Assembly: GCA_031555335.1 (NCBI GenBank)
Contig: JAVBUN010000096.1
Span: forward strand, 2,893 to 66,892
Length of the DNA: 64,000 nt
Reading direction: 5' to 3'
Source of the DNA: Microbacterium sp.
GTDB taxonomy: Bacteria; Actinomycetota; Actinomycetes; Actinomycetales; Microbacteriaceae
Positions 9,027 through 19,347 of this stretch are shown here, one piece after another. Every line of letters begins with the position of its first letter. Position 1 is the stretch's first letter. Position numbers and translations under genes: made by a program. The notes under the pieces were generated by a model that was not told the DNA's origin, searched no databases, and saw only the letters and a program-made list of their open reading frames with translations.

Positions 9027-10718
9027 TCATCGTCCCGCCGCGAGGTAGGCGCGCCAACCGCCGAACGCGGAGATGTCGGGCGCACCCTCGAGGGCGACCG
9101 CTTCGCACATGAATCCCGAGACGGTGGATCCGTCCTCGAGCTGCACCGGCCCGATCCCCATCGGGGCGGGAAGGCTCGCCACGAACGTGCCGAAACCCGC
9201 CGCAGGAAGCGTCCAGACCTCGCCGGCGATGGCGGAACCGCCCTCCTCGACTCGCACGATACCGGGCTTCGGCGGCACCGTCGTGAGCGCATGCAGCCGA
9301 TATGCGTTACTCGTGCGCACCTCGGCGACGAACGACCCGCCGGCCGCGACGAGCTGCGGATTCAACGGCTGGCCACGCAGGTGGGCACCGACGACGAGAA
9401 TGTCGATCGTCCCGCCGACGATCAATCCGGCGAGCTGGGCGAGCACCCGGTCTGCGAAAGGCGCCCCCGTGAGCATGACACCGAAGGGCAGGCCTCCCAC
9501 GAAACCGGCGGGCACAGCAAGCGCACTGCGATCGAGCAGGTTGCAGAAATTCGTGTAGCGCCCCATACGGGAGTTAGCGACGATCGGATCGGACTGGACC
9601 TCCGCGATCGTCGGATGCCAGGTGGTCGTGGGAGTGAGAAGCGCGTCCACATCCGCGAGTGCCGCGAGCCCCTTCATTCCAAGCCGGTCGAGACGCTCAC
9701 GGTCACGGAAGTAGTCCGCGGCCGGTGTCGCGCTCCCCGCGAGAACGATCTGCGCGACGCTCGGATCGAGATCCCCGCCCACGAGGTGCTGGTGCGCCGC
9801 GACGAACTCGCCGACGGCGGCCGTCCGTTCGGCCACGAACGCTCCCCCGTAGAGAAGACTCGCCGCCTCCAGCAATGGCTCGATGTCGACCTGCACGATC
9901 TCCACCCCCTGCGCCTCGAGTCGATCGACCACCGCAGCGAAGGCGTCCCCCCACCCGTCGGCGAGGTCGCCGAGCTGCGCGGGCAACGGCACAGCGATCC
10001 TGGGCGACGCGCTTGGCGCCGCGGCCGTCCCGTGCGTCCGCGCGGCAATCGGGTCGACGCCATCCGGCCCGCTCATGATCTCCGTCGCACGGCGCCCCAG
10101 CGACAGATCGCGAGCGAACACCGTGACGCAGTCCAGCGTGCGGCAGGCTGGGACCACACCCGTGGTCGGCACGAGGCCGAGCGTGGGCTTGATCCCATAG
10201 ATCCCGTTCAGCGCGGCGGGCACGCGTCCGGAGCCCGCGGTGTCGGTGCCGAGCGCGATGTCAACGATGCCGAGGGCGACGGCTACCGCCGATCCCGCAC
10301 TCGAACCGCCGGAGATCCTGCTCGGATCCCAGGCGTTGCGAACGGCCCCGAACGGGCTTCGCGTGCCGACGAGCCCCGTCGCGAACTGATCGAGATTCGT
10401 CTTTCCGATGACCAGCGCTCCTGCAGCGCGGAGCCGCGCCACAGCGGGCGCATCGTGCTCCGGCGTGTAGGCGAAGGACCGCGCACCCGCCGTCGTCGCG
10501 AGCCCCGCGACGTCGATGTTGTCCTTGACGGCCACGACGATGCCCGCCAGCGGCAGCCTCTCGCCCGCGTCCGCCCGCGCGTCGATGGACGCGGCCTCGT
10601 CGAGCACATCAGCGCTGTCGCGAAGCGAGATCCACACCTCGGGTCGATTCACGTCCGCGATACGCGCGTACGCGTCCGCCGCCCGCTCAATCGCCCGAAT
10701 CCCGGACGCCGCGCTCAC
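9027..10718 (-). CDS. atzF: Allophanate hydrolase
   Basis: 'AVKDNIDVAG', 'GKTNLDQFATGLVGTRSPFG', 'GTDTAGSGRVPA', C-domain 'VVGAHLRGQPLN'; GTG overlaps uca stop. Confidence 0.93.
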   Translation of the reverse strand: MSAASGIRAIERAADAYARIADVNRPEVWISLRDSADVLDEAASIDARADAGERLPLAGIVVAVKDNIDVAGLATTAGARSFAYTPEHDAPAVARLRAAGALVIGKTNLDQFATGLVGTRSPFGAVRNAWDPSRISGGSSAGSAVAVALGIVDIALGTDTAGSGRVPAALNGIYGIKPTLGLVPTTGVVPACRTLDCVTVFARDLSLGRRATEIMSGPDGVDPIAARTHGTAAAPSASPRIAVPLPAQLGDLADGWGDAFAAVVDRLEAQGVEIVQVDIEPLLEAASLLYGGAFVAERTAAVGEFVAAHQHLVGGDLDPSVAQIVLAGSATPAADYFRDRERLDRLGMKGLAALADVDALLTPTTTWHPTIAEVQSDPIVANSRMGRYTNFCNLLDRSALAVPAGFVGGLPFGVMLTGAPFADRVLAQLAGLIVGGTIDILVVGAHLRGQPLNPQLVAAGGSFVAEVRTSNAYRLHALTTVPPKPGIVRVEEGGSAIAGEVWTLPAAGFGTFVASLPAPMGIGPVQLEDGSTVSGFMCEAVALEGAPDISAFGGWRAYLAAGR

Positions 10719-13700
10719 CGGCGCACCCCGATCGCCGCGAGTACAGTGCCCGCCGCGACGCGATCGCCAGGACGGACATAGACCTCCAGCACCTCGCCGG
10801 CTCCCCCGGCCGTGACCGGAGCCTCCATCTTCATCGCTTCCAGCACCAGCATCCGTTCTCCTGTCTCCACCGATGATCCTGCCTCGACCTCGACCCGCCA
10901 CACGGTCGCCGCGAACGGAGCGGTCACTGCGACGGCACCCGCCGGCAGCACGGCGCCCCCTGTCTCGGAGGCTGCCGTATGCTCGACCGGGCGGTCGAAC
11001 TCCCCTGACGCTCGCCACCGCGCCTTCTCCTCGTCGAAGGCCAGCCGCTGTCGCTCGCGGAATCGCGCGATCGGATCAGCCTCCCGCTCCAGGAACGCGT
11101 GGTAGTCGGCGAGGGCGAAGGCGCCGTCCTCCGTCGCGAACCGTCCCCGACCCGCGTCCGTCTCTTGCCTGAGCTCGCTCAACTCATCGGCGGAGACCGG
11201 GTACCAGCGGATGCGGTCGAAGGAGCGTAACGCCCACGGGTCGGCCTGAAAGAGACCGCCGCGACGGAAGCGATTCCAGATCTGCACCGTACGGCCCACG
11301 AACTGATATCCGCCAGGGCCCTCCATGCCGTAGACGCACAGGTACGCGCCCCCGATCCCCACCGAGTTCTCTGCCGTCCACGTCCGGGCGGGGTTGTACT
11401 TCGTCGTGACGAGCCGGTGCCGAGGATCGAGGGGTGTCGCGACCGGAGCGCCGAGGTACACATCACCCAACCCGAGCACGAGATACTCCGCGTCGAAGAC
11501 CGTGCGATACACGTCGTCCACGCTGTCGAGCCCATTGATCCGGCGAATGAATTCGATGTTCCACGGCGTCCAGGGTGCATCGGCGCGCACTCCCGCCATG
11601 TACCGCTCGATCGCGATGCGCGTGGCCGGATCGTCCCACGACAACGGCAGGTGCACCGTGCGAGACGGAACGACGAGTTCCGCCGTGGGCGGCAGGTCCT
11701 CCTCCAGCTCGCGCAGGAATCCGACGAGATCCGATGCTCGCAGCGCCGTCGCATCCGTATGGATCTGCAGCGATCGGATCCCCGGGGTGACATCGACGAT
11801 TCCGGATGGAGCGTGTTCCGCGAGTCGCGTCTGAAGCGCATGCACGCGCATTCGCAGACCGATGTCGAGCTGCTGCTCACCGTACTCGACGAGCACGTTG
11901 TCGTCACCGTCGCGACGGTACTGCACCACCGGTCGCAAGACCCGCCCGTCCTCGACGATCTCCGGAAGCGTCCCGAGGCGGCCATCGTCGCCGTCGCCGC
12001 CGCGGCTGATCAGCGGCACGCCCCGACCGGCGGAGAGCGCAGCGGCGTCCGCCTCCCGCACGGGCACGAACCGCACCGTGTCACCGGGACGCAACTGCCC
12101 GAGCTTCCATAGCTCGCCGCTGGCGACCACTGCCGGGCAGACGAATCCTCCGAGGCTCGGACCGTCGGGTCCGAGGATGATCGGTGTGTCCCCCGTGAAA
12201 TCCAGTGCGCCGACCGCGTAAGGGGTGTCGTGGATGTTCGAGGGGTGCAGGCCTGCCTCGCCGCCGTCCGTGCGCGCCCACGTGGGCCGCGGCCCGGTCA
12301 GTCGCACCCCGGTACGCGCGGAATTCACCTGCACTTCGTACGCCGTGGTGTAGAGCGTGTCGATGTCGGCCCGGGTGAAGAACTCCGGCGCCGCGTGGGG
12401 CCCCTCGGTCACCCCGATCCGCCACTCGTTGACGATCAGCGGACGCTCGGCGTCCGGCACAGGGCCGGCGACCGGTGTCTCCGGCTCGGCACCGATGCGC
12501 AACACGTCGCCGGCCACGAGTGCGCGGCCGCCGTGCCCCCCGAAGCCGCCCAGCGTGAAGGTGGACCGGCTCCCGAGGTACGCCGGGACGTCGATCCCGC
12601 CGCGCACGGCCAGATATGTGCGCAGGCCCGGTCCCTCGGCAGCGCCGACGCGGAGCGCGCCACCGGCAGGAACACGGATGGGCTCCCAGCAGGCCACCGG
12701 CTCGTCGTCGAGGAGCACCATCACGGGCGCTCCGGTGACGCAGACGATCTGGGGTGACGAGAATCTCAGGGTCGGCCCCGAGACCGTCATCTCGAGTCCG
12801 GGAGCATCGTCGGGGTTTCCGACCGCTCGGTTCGCCTCGCGCAGTGACACGGCGTCCATCGGACCCGAGGGCGGAACACCCACGTGCCAGTATCCGAGGC
12901 GGCCAGGAAGATCCTGCACGGTCGTGAGGAGACCGGCCTCCTCCACGTCGATGCGCGCGTCCGGGTCGACGGTCTCACTCAGCATCCCGGTGTCGTGCGT
13001 GACGGAGCGCAGCCGGGGGTCGTCGCACAGCTCGCGAACGAGTCCGAGCCCGGTGACGATGCCGTCCACCCGCGAGCCGCCGAGCGCATCCCGGAGCCGG
13101 TCGAGCGCCTCATCCCGTGTCCGGCCGTGCGCGATGACCTTCGCGAGCAGCGGATCGTAGAACGATGTCACCTCCGAACCCGCTTCGACCCACGTGTCGA
13201 CGCGCACCCCGTCGACCGTGCCGTCGGCACCGACGAAGCGAGCGTGCGTGACCAGACCCGTCGACGGCGTGTTTCGGCGCGAGGGGTCTTCGGCGTAGAC
13301 GCGCGCCTCGACCGCGTGACCGCGGGGGGAATACTCCCGACCGAAGACGTCATCGCCGAGCGCGTGCGCACCACCTCGCGCGAGAGTGAGCATGAGTGCC
13401 ACGATGTCGACCCCGGTGACCGCCTCCGTCACCGGATGCTCCACCTGCAGGCGAGTGTTCACTTCGAGGAAGAAAGGGTCCCCGGTCGCCGGGTCGAGCA
13501 CGAACTCCACGGTGCCGGCAGAGCGGTAGCCGACCGAGCGCGCCAGCTCACCGGAGGCCCGGTGGAGCAGGGCCCGCACGTCGTCGGTCAGCCCGGGCGC
13601 GGGCGCCTCCTCGAGGACTTTCTGATGCCGCCGCTGCATTGTGCAGTCCCGGTCGCCCAGCACGGCGACCCGGCCCGCACCGTCACCGAACACCTGGACC

Positions 13701-14329
13701 TCCACATGACGGGCGTGACGGACGAGCTTCTCGAGGAACACCCCGTCGGCCCCGAAGTTCGCGCGCGACGACCGCACGACATCATCGAATGCGACGCGCA
13801 CGGCCGCGGCATCCTCGCAGGCCCGCATCCCGATCCCCCCGCCCCCGCCGGTGGCCTTCACCATGACGGGGAACCCGATCCGCGTCGCATGGGCCACGGC
13901 CTCGTCCGCGCTCTCCAGCAATCCGGTTCCCGGCAGGAGCGGGACGCCTGCCGCGACGGCGAGTGCACGAGCGGTGTGCTTCGCGCCGAACGCTTCGATG
14001 TGCTCGGGCGTCGGCCCGACCCACCGGACGCCGGCCGATTCGAAGGCGCGCGCGGCATCCGCGTTCTCGGCGAGGAAGCCGTAACCGGGGTGAACGGCGC
14101 CCGCGCCCATCCGCGCCGCGGCATCGAGGAGCGCGTCGAGGCGGAGATACGAGTCTGCCGCGGGTCCCGGGCCGAGACGCACCGCCTCATCCGCGTCACG
14201 CACGTGGGGGGCCGCCCGATCGGCGTCGGAGTAGACCGCGACGGTACGAAGCCCCACGGATCGGGCACCCCGGATGATGCGGCGGGCGATCTCGCCCCGG
14301 TTCGCGACGAGCAGCGTGTCGAAACTCAT
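10715..14329 (-). CDS. uca: Urea/guanidine carboxylase
   Basis: Biotin carboxylase 'ANRGEIA', CT domains 'HPSNIHD', 'TTKYNPART', biotinyl 'EAMKME'. Confidence 0.95.
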   Translation of the reverse strand: MSFDTLLVANRGEIARRIIRGARSVGLRTVAVYSDADRAAPHVRDADEAVRLGPGPAADSYLRLDALLDAAARMGAGAVHPGYGFLAENADAARAFESAGVRWVGPTPEHIEAFGAKHTARALAVAAGVPLLPGTGLLESADEAVAHATRIGFPVMVKATGGGGGIGMRACEDAAAVRVAFDDVVRSSRANFGADGVFLEKLVRHARHVEVQVFGDGAGRVAVLGDRDCTMQRRHQKVLEEAPAPGLTDDVRALLHRASGELARSVGYRSAGTVEFVLDPATGDPFFLEVNTRLQVEHPVTEAVTGVDIVALMLTLARGGAHALGDDVFGREYSPRGHAVEARVYAEDPSRRNTPSTGLVTHARFVGADGTVDGVRVDTWVEAGSEVTSFYDPLLAKVIAHGRTRDEALDRLRDALGGSRVDGIVTGLGLVRELCDDPRLRSVTHDTGMLSETVDPDARIDVEEAGLLTTVQDLPGRLGYWHVGVPPSGPMDAVSLREANRAVGNPDDAPGLEMTVSGPTLRFSSPQIVCVTGAPVMVLLDDEPVACWEPIRVPAGGALRVGAAEGPGLRTYLAVRGGIDVPAYLGSRSTFTLGGFGGHGGRALVAGDVLRIGAEPETPVAGPVPDAERPLIVNEWRIGVTEGPHAAPEFFTRADIDTLYTTAYEVQVNSARTGVRLTGPRPTWARTDGGEAGLHPSNIHDTPYAVGALDFTGDTPIILGPDGPSLGGFVCPAVVASGELWKLGQLRPGDTVRFVPVREADAAALSAGRGVPLISRGGDGDDGRLGTLPEIVEDGRVLRPVVQYRRDGDDNVLVEYGEQQLDIGLRMRVHALQTRLAEHAPSGIVDVTPGIRSLQIHTDATALRASDLVGFLRELEEDLPPTAELVVPSRTVHLPLSWDDPATRIAIERYMAGVRADAPWTPWNIEFIRRINGLDSVDDVYRTVFDAEYLVLGLGDVYLGAPVATPLDPRHRLVTTKYNPARTWTAENSVGIGGAYLCVYGMEGPGGYQFVGRTVQIWNRFRRGGLFQADPWALRSFDRIRWYPVSADELSELRQETDAGRGRFATEDGAFALADYHAFLEREADPIARFRERQRLAFDEEKARWRASGEFDRPVEHTAASETGGAVLPAGAVAVTAPFAATVWRVEVEAGSSVETGERMLVLEAMKMEAPVTAGGAGEVLEVYVRPGDRVAAGTVLAAIGVRR

Positions 14330-15024
14330 GCGCCGCCCACCCCGGTCGGTCGGGTGACGATCATGCGCAGCGGCGTGCAGCTGAAGTCATTGCAGGGGTT
14401 ATTCATCTGCGGACAGTTCGACACGATGACGAGCACGTCCCGCTCCGCCCGCACGGCCACACGCTTGCCGGGCGCCGATATCCCGTCGACGATCCCGAGC
14501 GAGCCGTCCGCCTCGACCGGAACGTTCATGAACCAGTTGAGGTTGGAGACGAGGTCGCGCTGGTCCAGGGAGTGCCGTGCCGCCTCCGCCAGGAAGTTCT
14601 CCCGGCATCCATGCTGATACGACGTGTGGTGCCCGTAACGTAGCGTGTTGGACTCCTTGCCGCACGCGCCCCCGATGGTGTCCTGACGGTCCACCTCGTT
14701 ACCCACGACCGTCATGAGCGGCAGTCCGCGGTTGCTGCGCAGCACAGAACCGGTGCGGATGTAGGCGTTGCGCTGCCAGGCGATCGTGTCGGCCGCACTG
14801 TACCGGTGCGCGGTGTCGGACGCGTCGTAGATGAGGCAATCGGCGGACTGATTGCCCCCGACATCGACGATCGTGAGGACGTCCCCCGCGCGGACGACGC
14901 CGGACCAGGGCGCGCGCGGCGCGACGACCGCGTCCACCACCACCATGCCGGCGACGAGCGGTTCCGACCAGTCGAGCGCCGCATCCGGTGCGTGGATGGG
15001 GCGATCGGGGACCGTGGTGAGCAT
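14326..15024 (-). CDS. cgdB: Urea-carboxylase-associated protein 2 (carboxyguanidine deiminase subunit)
   Basis: DUF1989 motifs 'GNQSAD', 'DTIGGAC', 'NWFMNVPV', 'SNCPQMNNPCN'. Confidence 0.85.
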   Translation of the reverse strand: MLTTVPDRPIHAPDAALDWSEPLVAGMVVVDAVVAPRAPWSGVVRAGDVLTIVDVGGNQSADCLIYDASDTAHRYSAADTIAWQRNAYIRTGSVLRSNRGLPLMTVVGNEVDRQDTIGGACGKESNTLRYGHHTSYQHGCRENFLAEAARHSLDQRDLVSNLNWFMNVPVEADGSLGIVDGISAPGKRVAVRAERDVLVIVSNCPQMNNPCNDFSCTPLRMIVTRPTGVGGA

Positions 15025-15035
15025 GGCGCGGCTCC

Positions 15036-15875
15036 TCAAAGCGCGGCGAGGGCAGCGTAGGTGATCGTGTTCCGGTAGGCGCGTGCGCGCTCGGGCGAAG
15101 CGGCGAAATGCGCATCGCCTTCCTCAGTCGGCCGGGATTCCCACGCCGTGATGCGGAGCGGACCCACGATGTAGTCGTCGCGGGGATCAAGCGCATGAGG
15201 CACGTTCGCGATGAGGACGATGAGAGGCAGCTCGGCGATCAGATCCAGGTGCCGGTCCGCGCCCGCAGAGCCGTGCCAGCGCAGGCTCCCGTCGTCCTCG
15301 ACGCGCACTCCCTGGAAGAACGTCACGGCCGGCGGAAGGTCGCGCTCCGTCAATCCGTGCTTGGCTGCGGCCAGCGCGAGGAGCCCCTGTCCCGATGGCG
15401 ACGGCCCCTCGGGAGCCGCGTCCCCGTAACGGTGCTCGTTCCACGCGTTGCTCGTCGTTCCACTGAACGCGTCGTGCGCGCCCGAGGTGTCTTCGACGAT
15501 CGTCGCGAGGACGCGTCCGTCGCCGGAGAGGAGAGGATGCCCCGCGCTGAGATACGCCTGCCAAGGAATCTTCTGGGTATCGGCCACATTGAGGCGCTCG
15601 TGCGGAGACACCGCGTTGAACACGAGCATGTGCGCGCAGGCGTCGCCCGTGATGTCCGACAAACGGATGCGGGTCCCGCGGGCCACACGGAGGTGAGAGT
15701 AGCCGCCCGGCGCCACCGTCTCCGCCCATCGCATGAGCGACGGGTGCACACCGGACAGTCCGAAGGGTGCCCGCGTCGGCGGCATGTACGGCATCCAGTC
15801 GGAATCACTGACACGAGAGCGAGCGTCCGCGCGGGCGCGCCCCACATCACCGAGTCCGTCGATTCGACCGTTCAT
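15036..15875 (-). CDS. cgdA: Urea-carboxylase-associated protein 1 (carboxyguanidine deiminase subunit)
   Basis: DUF1989 motifs 'ERLNVADT.K', 'LLSGDGRVL', 'PHALDPR'. Confidence 0.85.
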   Translation of the reverse strand: MNGRIDGLGDVGRARADARSRVSDSDWMPYMPPTRAPFGLSGVHPSLMRWAETVAPGGYSHLRVARGTRIRLSDITGDACAHMLVFNAVSPHERLNVADTQKIPWQAYLSAGHPLLSGDGRVLATIVEDTSGAHDAFSGTTSNAWNEHRYGDAAPEGPSPSGQGLLALAAAKHGLTERDLPPAVTFFQGVRVEDDGSLRWHGSAGADRHLDLIAELPLIVLIANVPHALDPRDDYIVGPLRITAWESRPTEEGDAHFAASPERARAYRNTITYAALAAL

Positions 15876-15890
15876 CACGGATCCGACCTT

Positions 15891-15939
15891 CCTGTCGCTT
15901 GACAGGTATCTGAGCATGCATGCGTTTCCTCCGTGTTAC
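15891..15939. promoter_or_regulatory. AmtR-type operator (CTGTC-N4-GACAG) plus GlnR-like box
   Basis: cctgtcgcttgacagg at 15891-15906; gtttc-n6-gttac (minus-strand GTAAC-n6-GAAAC) at 15924-15939. Confidence 0.72.
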
Positions 15940-15961
15940 ACGCCGCGGGTACGGTGTGAAC

Positions 15962-16621
15962 ATGGCGCTGGTACGAACGGGACGACCCCGCGCGTCGGGC
16001 GCATCCCCCACAGAGCAGGGCACGCGCGCCGATATCCTCGCCGCCGCCGCGGCACTGTTCTGCACTCGCGGGTACGCCTCTGCGAGCACGCATGCGATCG
16101 CCCAGGCCACCGGCATCCGCCAGGCCTCCCTGTACCACCACTTCGCGCGCAAGCACGACGTGCTGCTGGCACTTCTCCTCGGCACCGTGCAACCGTCGCT
16201 GGACGTGGCGGCGACTCTCCTGGCAGCCGACGATGAGGCGGCCGCACGGCTGTGGGCGCTGTGTGTTTCGGACGTCCGCCTGCTCGCGGCCGGACCCCAC
16301 AACGTCGGCGCGCTCTATCTGCTCCCTGAAGTCTCCGAGGAGCACTTCGCTCCCTTCCGCGAGCGCCGGAGCGAGCTCGAAACCGCGTATCGCACCCTGG
16401 TGACGGCGTGCGGCGTCCCAGCTGATCGCGCGGGCGCGGAGACGCAACTCGTGCTCGCGCTCGTCGAGAACGTGATCCTCCAGCGCAAACGCGGCGCCCG
16501 ACCGACGGATGCGGATGCATCCGGGATCGCGTCCGCCGCGCTCCGCGTGCTCGATCTCGACCGGTCCACTCGGGAACGGGCGGCGGCGGCCGGGACGCGC
16601 CTGCTCGGCACGGCCGACTGA
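15962..16621 (+). CDS. amtR: TetR family regulator, AmtR-like
   Basis: 'GRPR', 'GIRQASLYHHF', 'NVGALYLLPEV'; divergent from the urea carboxylase operon, with matching operators. Confidence 0.75.
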   Translation: MALVRTGRPRASGASPTEQGTRADILAAAAALFCTRGYASASTHAIAQATGIRQASLYHHFARKHDVLLALLLGTVQPSLDVAATLLAADDEAAARLWALCVSDVRLLAAGPHNVGALYLLPEVSEEHFAPFRERRSELETAYRTLVTACGVPADRAGAETQLVLALVENVILQRKRGARPTDADASGIASAALRVLDLDRSTRERAAAAGTRLLGTAD

Positions 16622-16647
16622 GCCTCCGCGCCGACCGCACGGCGATC

Positions 16648-16721
16648 TTCACAGGACTGTTACCGCCCAGAAACCCGTGGTAACCGGCGGCTTCGCGATC
16701 CTTCCTATCAGGCGATAGGAA
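16648..16721 (+). promoter_or_regulatory. GlnR-like boxes and second AmtR-type operator upstream of the SSS transporter
   Basis: ttcac-n6-gttac-n6-gaaac-n5-gtaac (16648-16684); ttcctatcaggcgataggaa palindrome (16702-16721; CTAT-N6-ATAG). Confidence 0.7.
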
Positions 16722-16758
16722 CTGTCGCCCACCCTCATCCGATGCCTCGGGAGTACGC

Positions 16759-18261
16759 ATGATCATCTTCGGTGTTGCCCTCACGGTCGTCCTCGTCCTC
16801 GTCGTCGGCATCGCTGTCGGACGGAAGGTCGACGGCGACAGCTCGAACTACCTCGTCGCTGGCCGCCGATTGGGCGTCCCCCTCGTCACGGTCTCCTTGA
16901 CGGCGGCGGCCGTCGATGCGAATGCCACGGTCGGCAACACCGACCTCACGTCCCAGTTCGGCTTCTGGTCGGGCGCGTCTCTCGCGATCGGGCTGGCCCT
17001 CTGTCTGCTCCTCACCGGCCTCTTCCTCGCGAAGCGCATGAACGGGATGAAGCTGTTCACGCTGGGCGACTATTTCCGGTTGCGGTACAACCGTGCGACG
17101 GAGCTCTTGGCATCGGTGCTCATGGTGGTGTCCTTCACCATCCTGCTCGCGGGCAACCTCGTCGCGTGCGGCTTCCTCCTGGAGCAGTTCGCCGGCATCC
17201 CCTACGAGTGGGGGATCGTCCTGGCTGTCGCTCTGGTGCTCGCCTATACAATCGCCGGCGGACTCTTCTCGGACGCGTATACCGCCGCGATCCAGACCAC
17301 GATCACCGTCATCGCAGCGATCGTCCTGCTCGTCTGGGTCGCCGCCTCCTTCGGCATCGTGATCCCGGAGGGGATGGGCCCATTCGACACCGCGCAGTTG
17401 ACCGATCCCGCGGCCGGTGCCCCGATCAACTGGGCGACACTCGTCTCCCTCGCCATTGGCGACATCGTCGCGATCGACTTCATGCAGCGCATATTCGGCG
17501 CGAAGAGCCCGTCGGTCGCGCAGCGGTCATGCTTCGCAGCGGCAGCCCTCACGGCGGCCATCGGCAGCATCTTCGCGATCGTCGCGCTCAGCGTCTCGTC
17601 AACGCTCGGCCTCTCGGTCGCGGACGGCCCGATCCTGTACACGCTGCTCGGCGACTTCGCACCGCCGATCATCGCGATCCTCGTCCTCTCCGGCATTGTC
17701 GCCGCGTCGTTCTCCACTGCGTCCGGAGCGATGCTCGCCACGTCCGCGATCACGGTGCGGAACATCTTCACCGTGCGTCGCCACGCAGGAGCGGGGCCCG
17801 ACCCGCTCCTGCGCTGGACCCGGCTCGCCATGATCCCGTTCGTGATCGCGGGCGCGTTCCTGTCGATCCGGGTGAGCCAGACCGGCATCCTTCTCACGCT
17901 CGCCTTCGATCTGATGCTCGCGTGCCTCGCAGCGCCGTTCCTCATCGGGGTGTTCTGGAAGCGCCCCGGTGCCGTCGCGGCGCTCACGGCGATCGGCGTC
18001 GGATTCGTGGTCCGGATGACATTCCTCGCCCTCACGCCGACGCTGTACGGCGTCCCCAACGACATCCTCTACATCCCGAACGACCTCATAGATACGGACT
18101 TCGACGGCTGGGCCACGCTCCTGGCCGCGGCGATCGGTTTCGCCACGTACATCGCGGCGGCGTTCGTCGCCCCGCGGAGCCGGGCCGAGCACGCGGCGGA
18201 GGACGTCGTGCGCGATGAGCTCGCGTCCGAACGCGCCGCGGCCGAAGTCGGCGTCGCCTGA
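16759..18261 (+). CDS. Sodium:solute symporter family transporter
   Basis: 'NYLVAGRRL', 'YT..GG...AYT', 'DFMQRIF', 'AASFSTA'; many TM segments. Confidence 0.88.
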   Translation: MIIFGVALTVVLVLVVGIAVGRKVDGDSSNYLVAGRRLGVPLVTVSLTAAAVDANATVGNTDLTSQFGFWSGASLAIGLALCLLLTGLFLAKRMNGMKLFTLGDYFRLRYNRATELLASVLMVVSFTILLAGNLVACGFLLEQFAGIPYEWGIVLAVALVLAYTIAGGLFSDAYTAAIQTTITVIAAIVLLVWVAASFGIVIPEGMGPFDTAQLTDPAAGAPINWATLVSLAIGDIVAIDFMQRIFGAKSPSVAQRSCFAAAALTAAIGSIFAIVALSVSSTLGLSVADGPILYTLLGDFAPPIIAILVLSGIVAASFSTASGAMLATSAITVRNIFTVRRHAGAGPDPLLRWTRLAMIPFVIAGAFLSIRVSQTGILLTLAFDLMLACLAAPFLIGVFWKRPGAVAALTAIGVGFVVRMTFLALTPTLYGVPNDILYIPNDLIDTDFDGWATLLAAAIGFATYIAAAFVAPRSRAEHAAEDVVRDELASERAAAEVGVA

Positions 18262-18266
18262 GGTCC

Positions 18267-19271
18267 TCAGCGATCCAGCAACCGGCGCGGCTGCTCGACG
18301 ACCATGTCGTGCAGCCGCGCCGTCGAGACACCCGCCGCCGCCAAGAGGGGGAGGACGTGACCGAGCACGTGCCCGTAACCGGGTCCGCCATGATGCACGA
18401 GCTGCGCCTTGGTCCAGAGGGACCCGCCCAGGACGTGCCGAGAACTCGGGTGGTCCGCGGCGAATTCCACGAAGAACGCGAGCCGTTCGTCGTCCGAAGG
18501 GTTGCTCACGCGGCCGAGATGCACGGCCTCCGTCCCGAAGCACATCTCGACCACGGCGCCGGCGCCGGTGAGGTCCGCCCAGTACGGGCCGTCCATGAAC
18601 TCGTCGCCGTTGGTGAAGACGATCCGCTGCGGCGGGAGTCCCTCATCCGTCATGAGCCGGATGACCGCGAGACCGTCCCGGGCATCGGGATCGAGGCGGA
18701 CCGAGACGGCGGCACCCGTCCGCACGGCGGCACGCGCTGCGGCACGGAGCATCCCCCGCTCGGGCTCCGGCACACCGGCCGTGGTCCCCATGATGCCGAG
18801 CATCCCGGCCCGGTAGTCGGTGCCGGGGATCGCGACGGCGAGCGCGTCGTGCAGGTGCCGTTCGAGTCCTGCCTCATCCAGCTCCGCCACCCAGGCCGGC
18901 AGCGTGGAGCGGATGTAGGCGCCGTAGGCGACGACGACCTGCACCCCGGACGCGCGCGCGATCTCCGGGAGCCCGGCGTGGTCGGGGCCGAGGCCCCACG
19001 ACGTGCACTCGACGACCGAGCGCTGTCCGTCGGCGCGGACCCGGGCGAGCTCCTGCGCTGCCAGCACCGGGTCGTCGAGTCGCAGGTTGTCGGCGAGCGC
19101 GAGCATGTTCTCGGAGAGGTAGGCGACGGTCTCGGGCGACACCCGGTCCCCCGCGGGCGCCGGCTGCGCTCCCGGCCGCTGCAGCCGGCTCGCGTCGGCC
19201 AGCAGGTGGTCGTGCATCGAGGTCGCGCCGAGTTCGTCCGCCCGGATCGCCCCGTGCACCGTCTCGATCAC
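18267..19271 (-). CDS. Phosphotriesterase-family protein (metal site degenerate)
   Basis: 'IETVHG.I...LG.TSMHDHL' PTE start; other ligands replaced (GIMG, VSVR, FTNGD, GGSLW). Confidence 0.8.
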   Translation of the reverse strand: MIETVHGAIRADELGATSMHDHLLADASRLQRPGAQPAPAGDRVSPETVAYLSENMLALADNLRLDDPVLAAQELARVRADGQRSVVECTSWGLGPDHAGLPEIARASGVQVVVAYGAYIRSTLPAWVAELDEAGLERHLHDALAVAIPGTDYRAGMLGIMGTTAGVPEPERGMLRAAARAAVRTGAAVSVRLDPDARDGLAVIRLMTDEGLPPQRIVFTNGDEFMDGPYWADLTGAGAVVEMCFGTEAVHLGRVSNPSDDERLAFFVEFAADHPSSRHVLGGSLWTKAQLVHHGGPGYGHVLGHVLPLLAAAGVSTARLHDMVVEQPRRLLDR

Positions 19272-19313
19272 CGCGTCCTCCGTGTCCGCATCCGTGTCGC
19301 CGGAATGGCTCTT

Positions 19314-19346
19314 GCGGGATCCATTCTGACATGTTTAGGATCCAAT
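19314..19346. promoter_or_regulatory. Paired GntR (VanO-like) operator A
   Basis: GGATCC cores at 19317 and 19338 (21-bp spacing). Confidence 0.75.
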
Positions 19347-19347
19347 C

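Noticed and set aside
15876-15961. Guanidine riboswitch upstream of cgdA
   Set aside because: The region is short and occupied by AmtR/GlnR-like boxes; no recognisable riboswitch structure by eye
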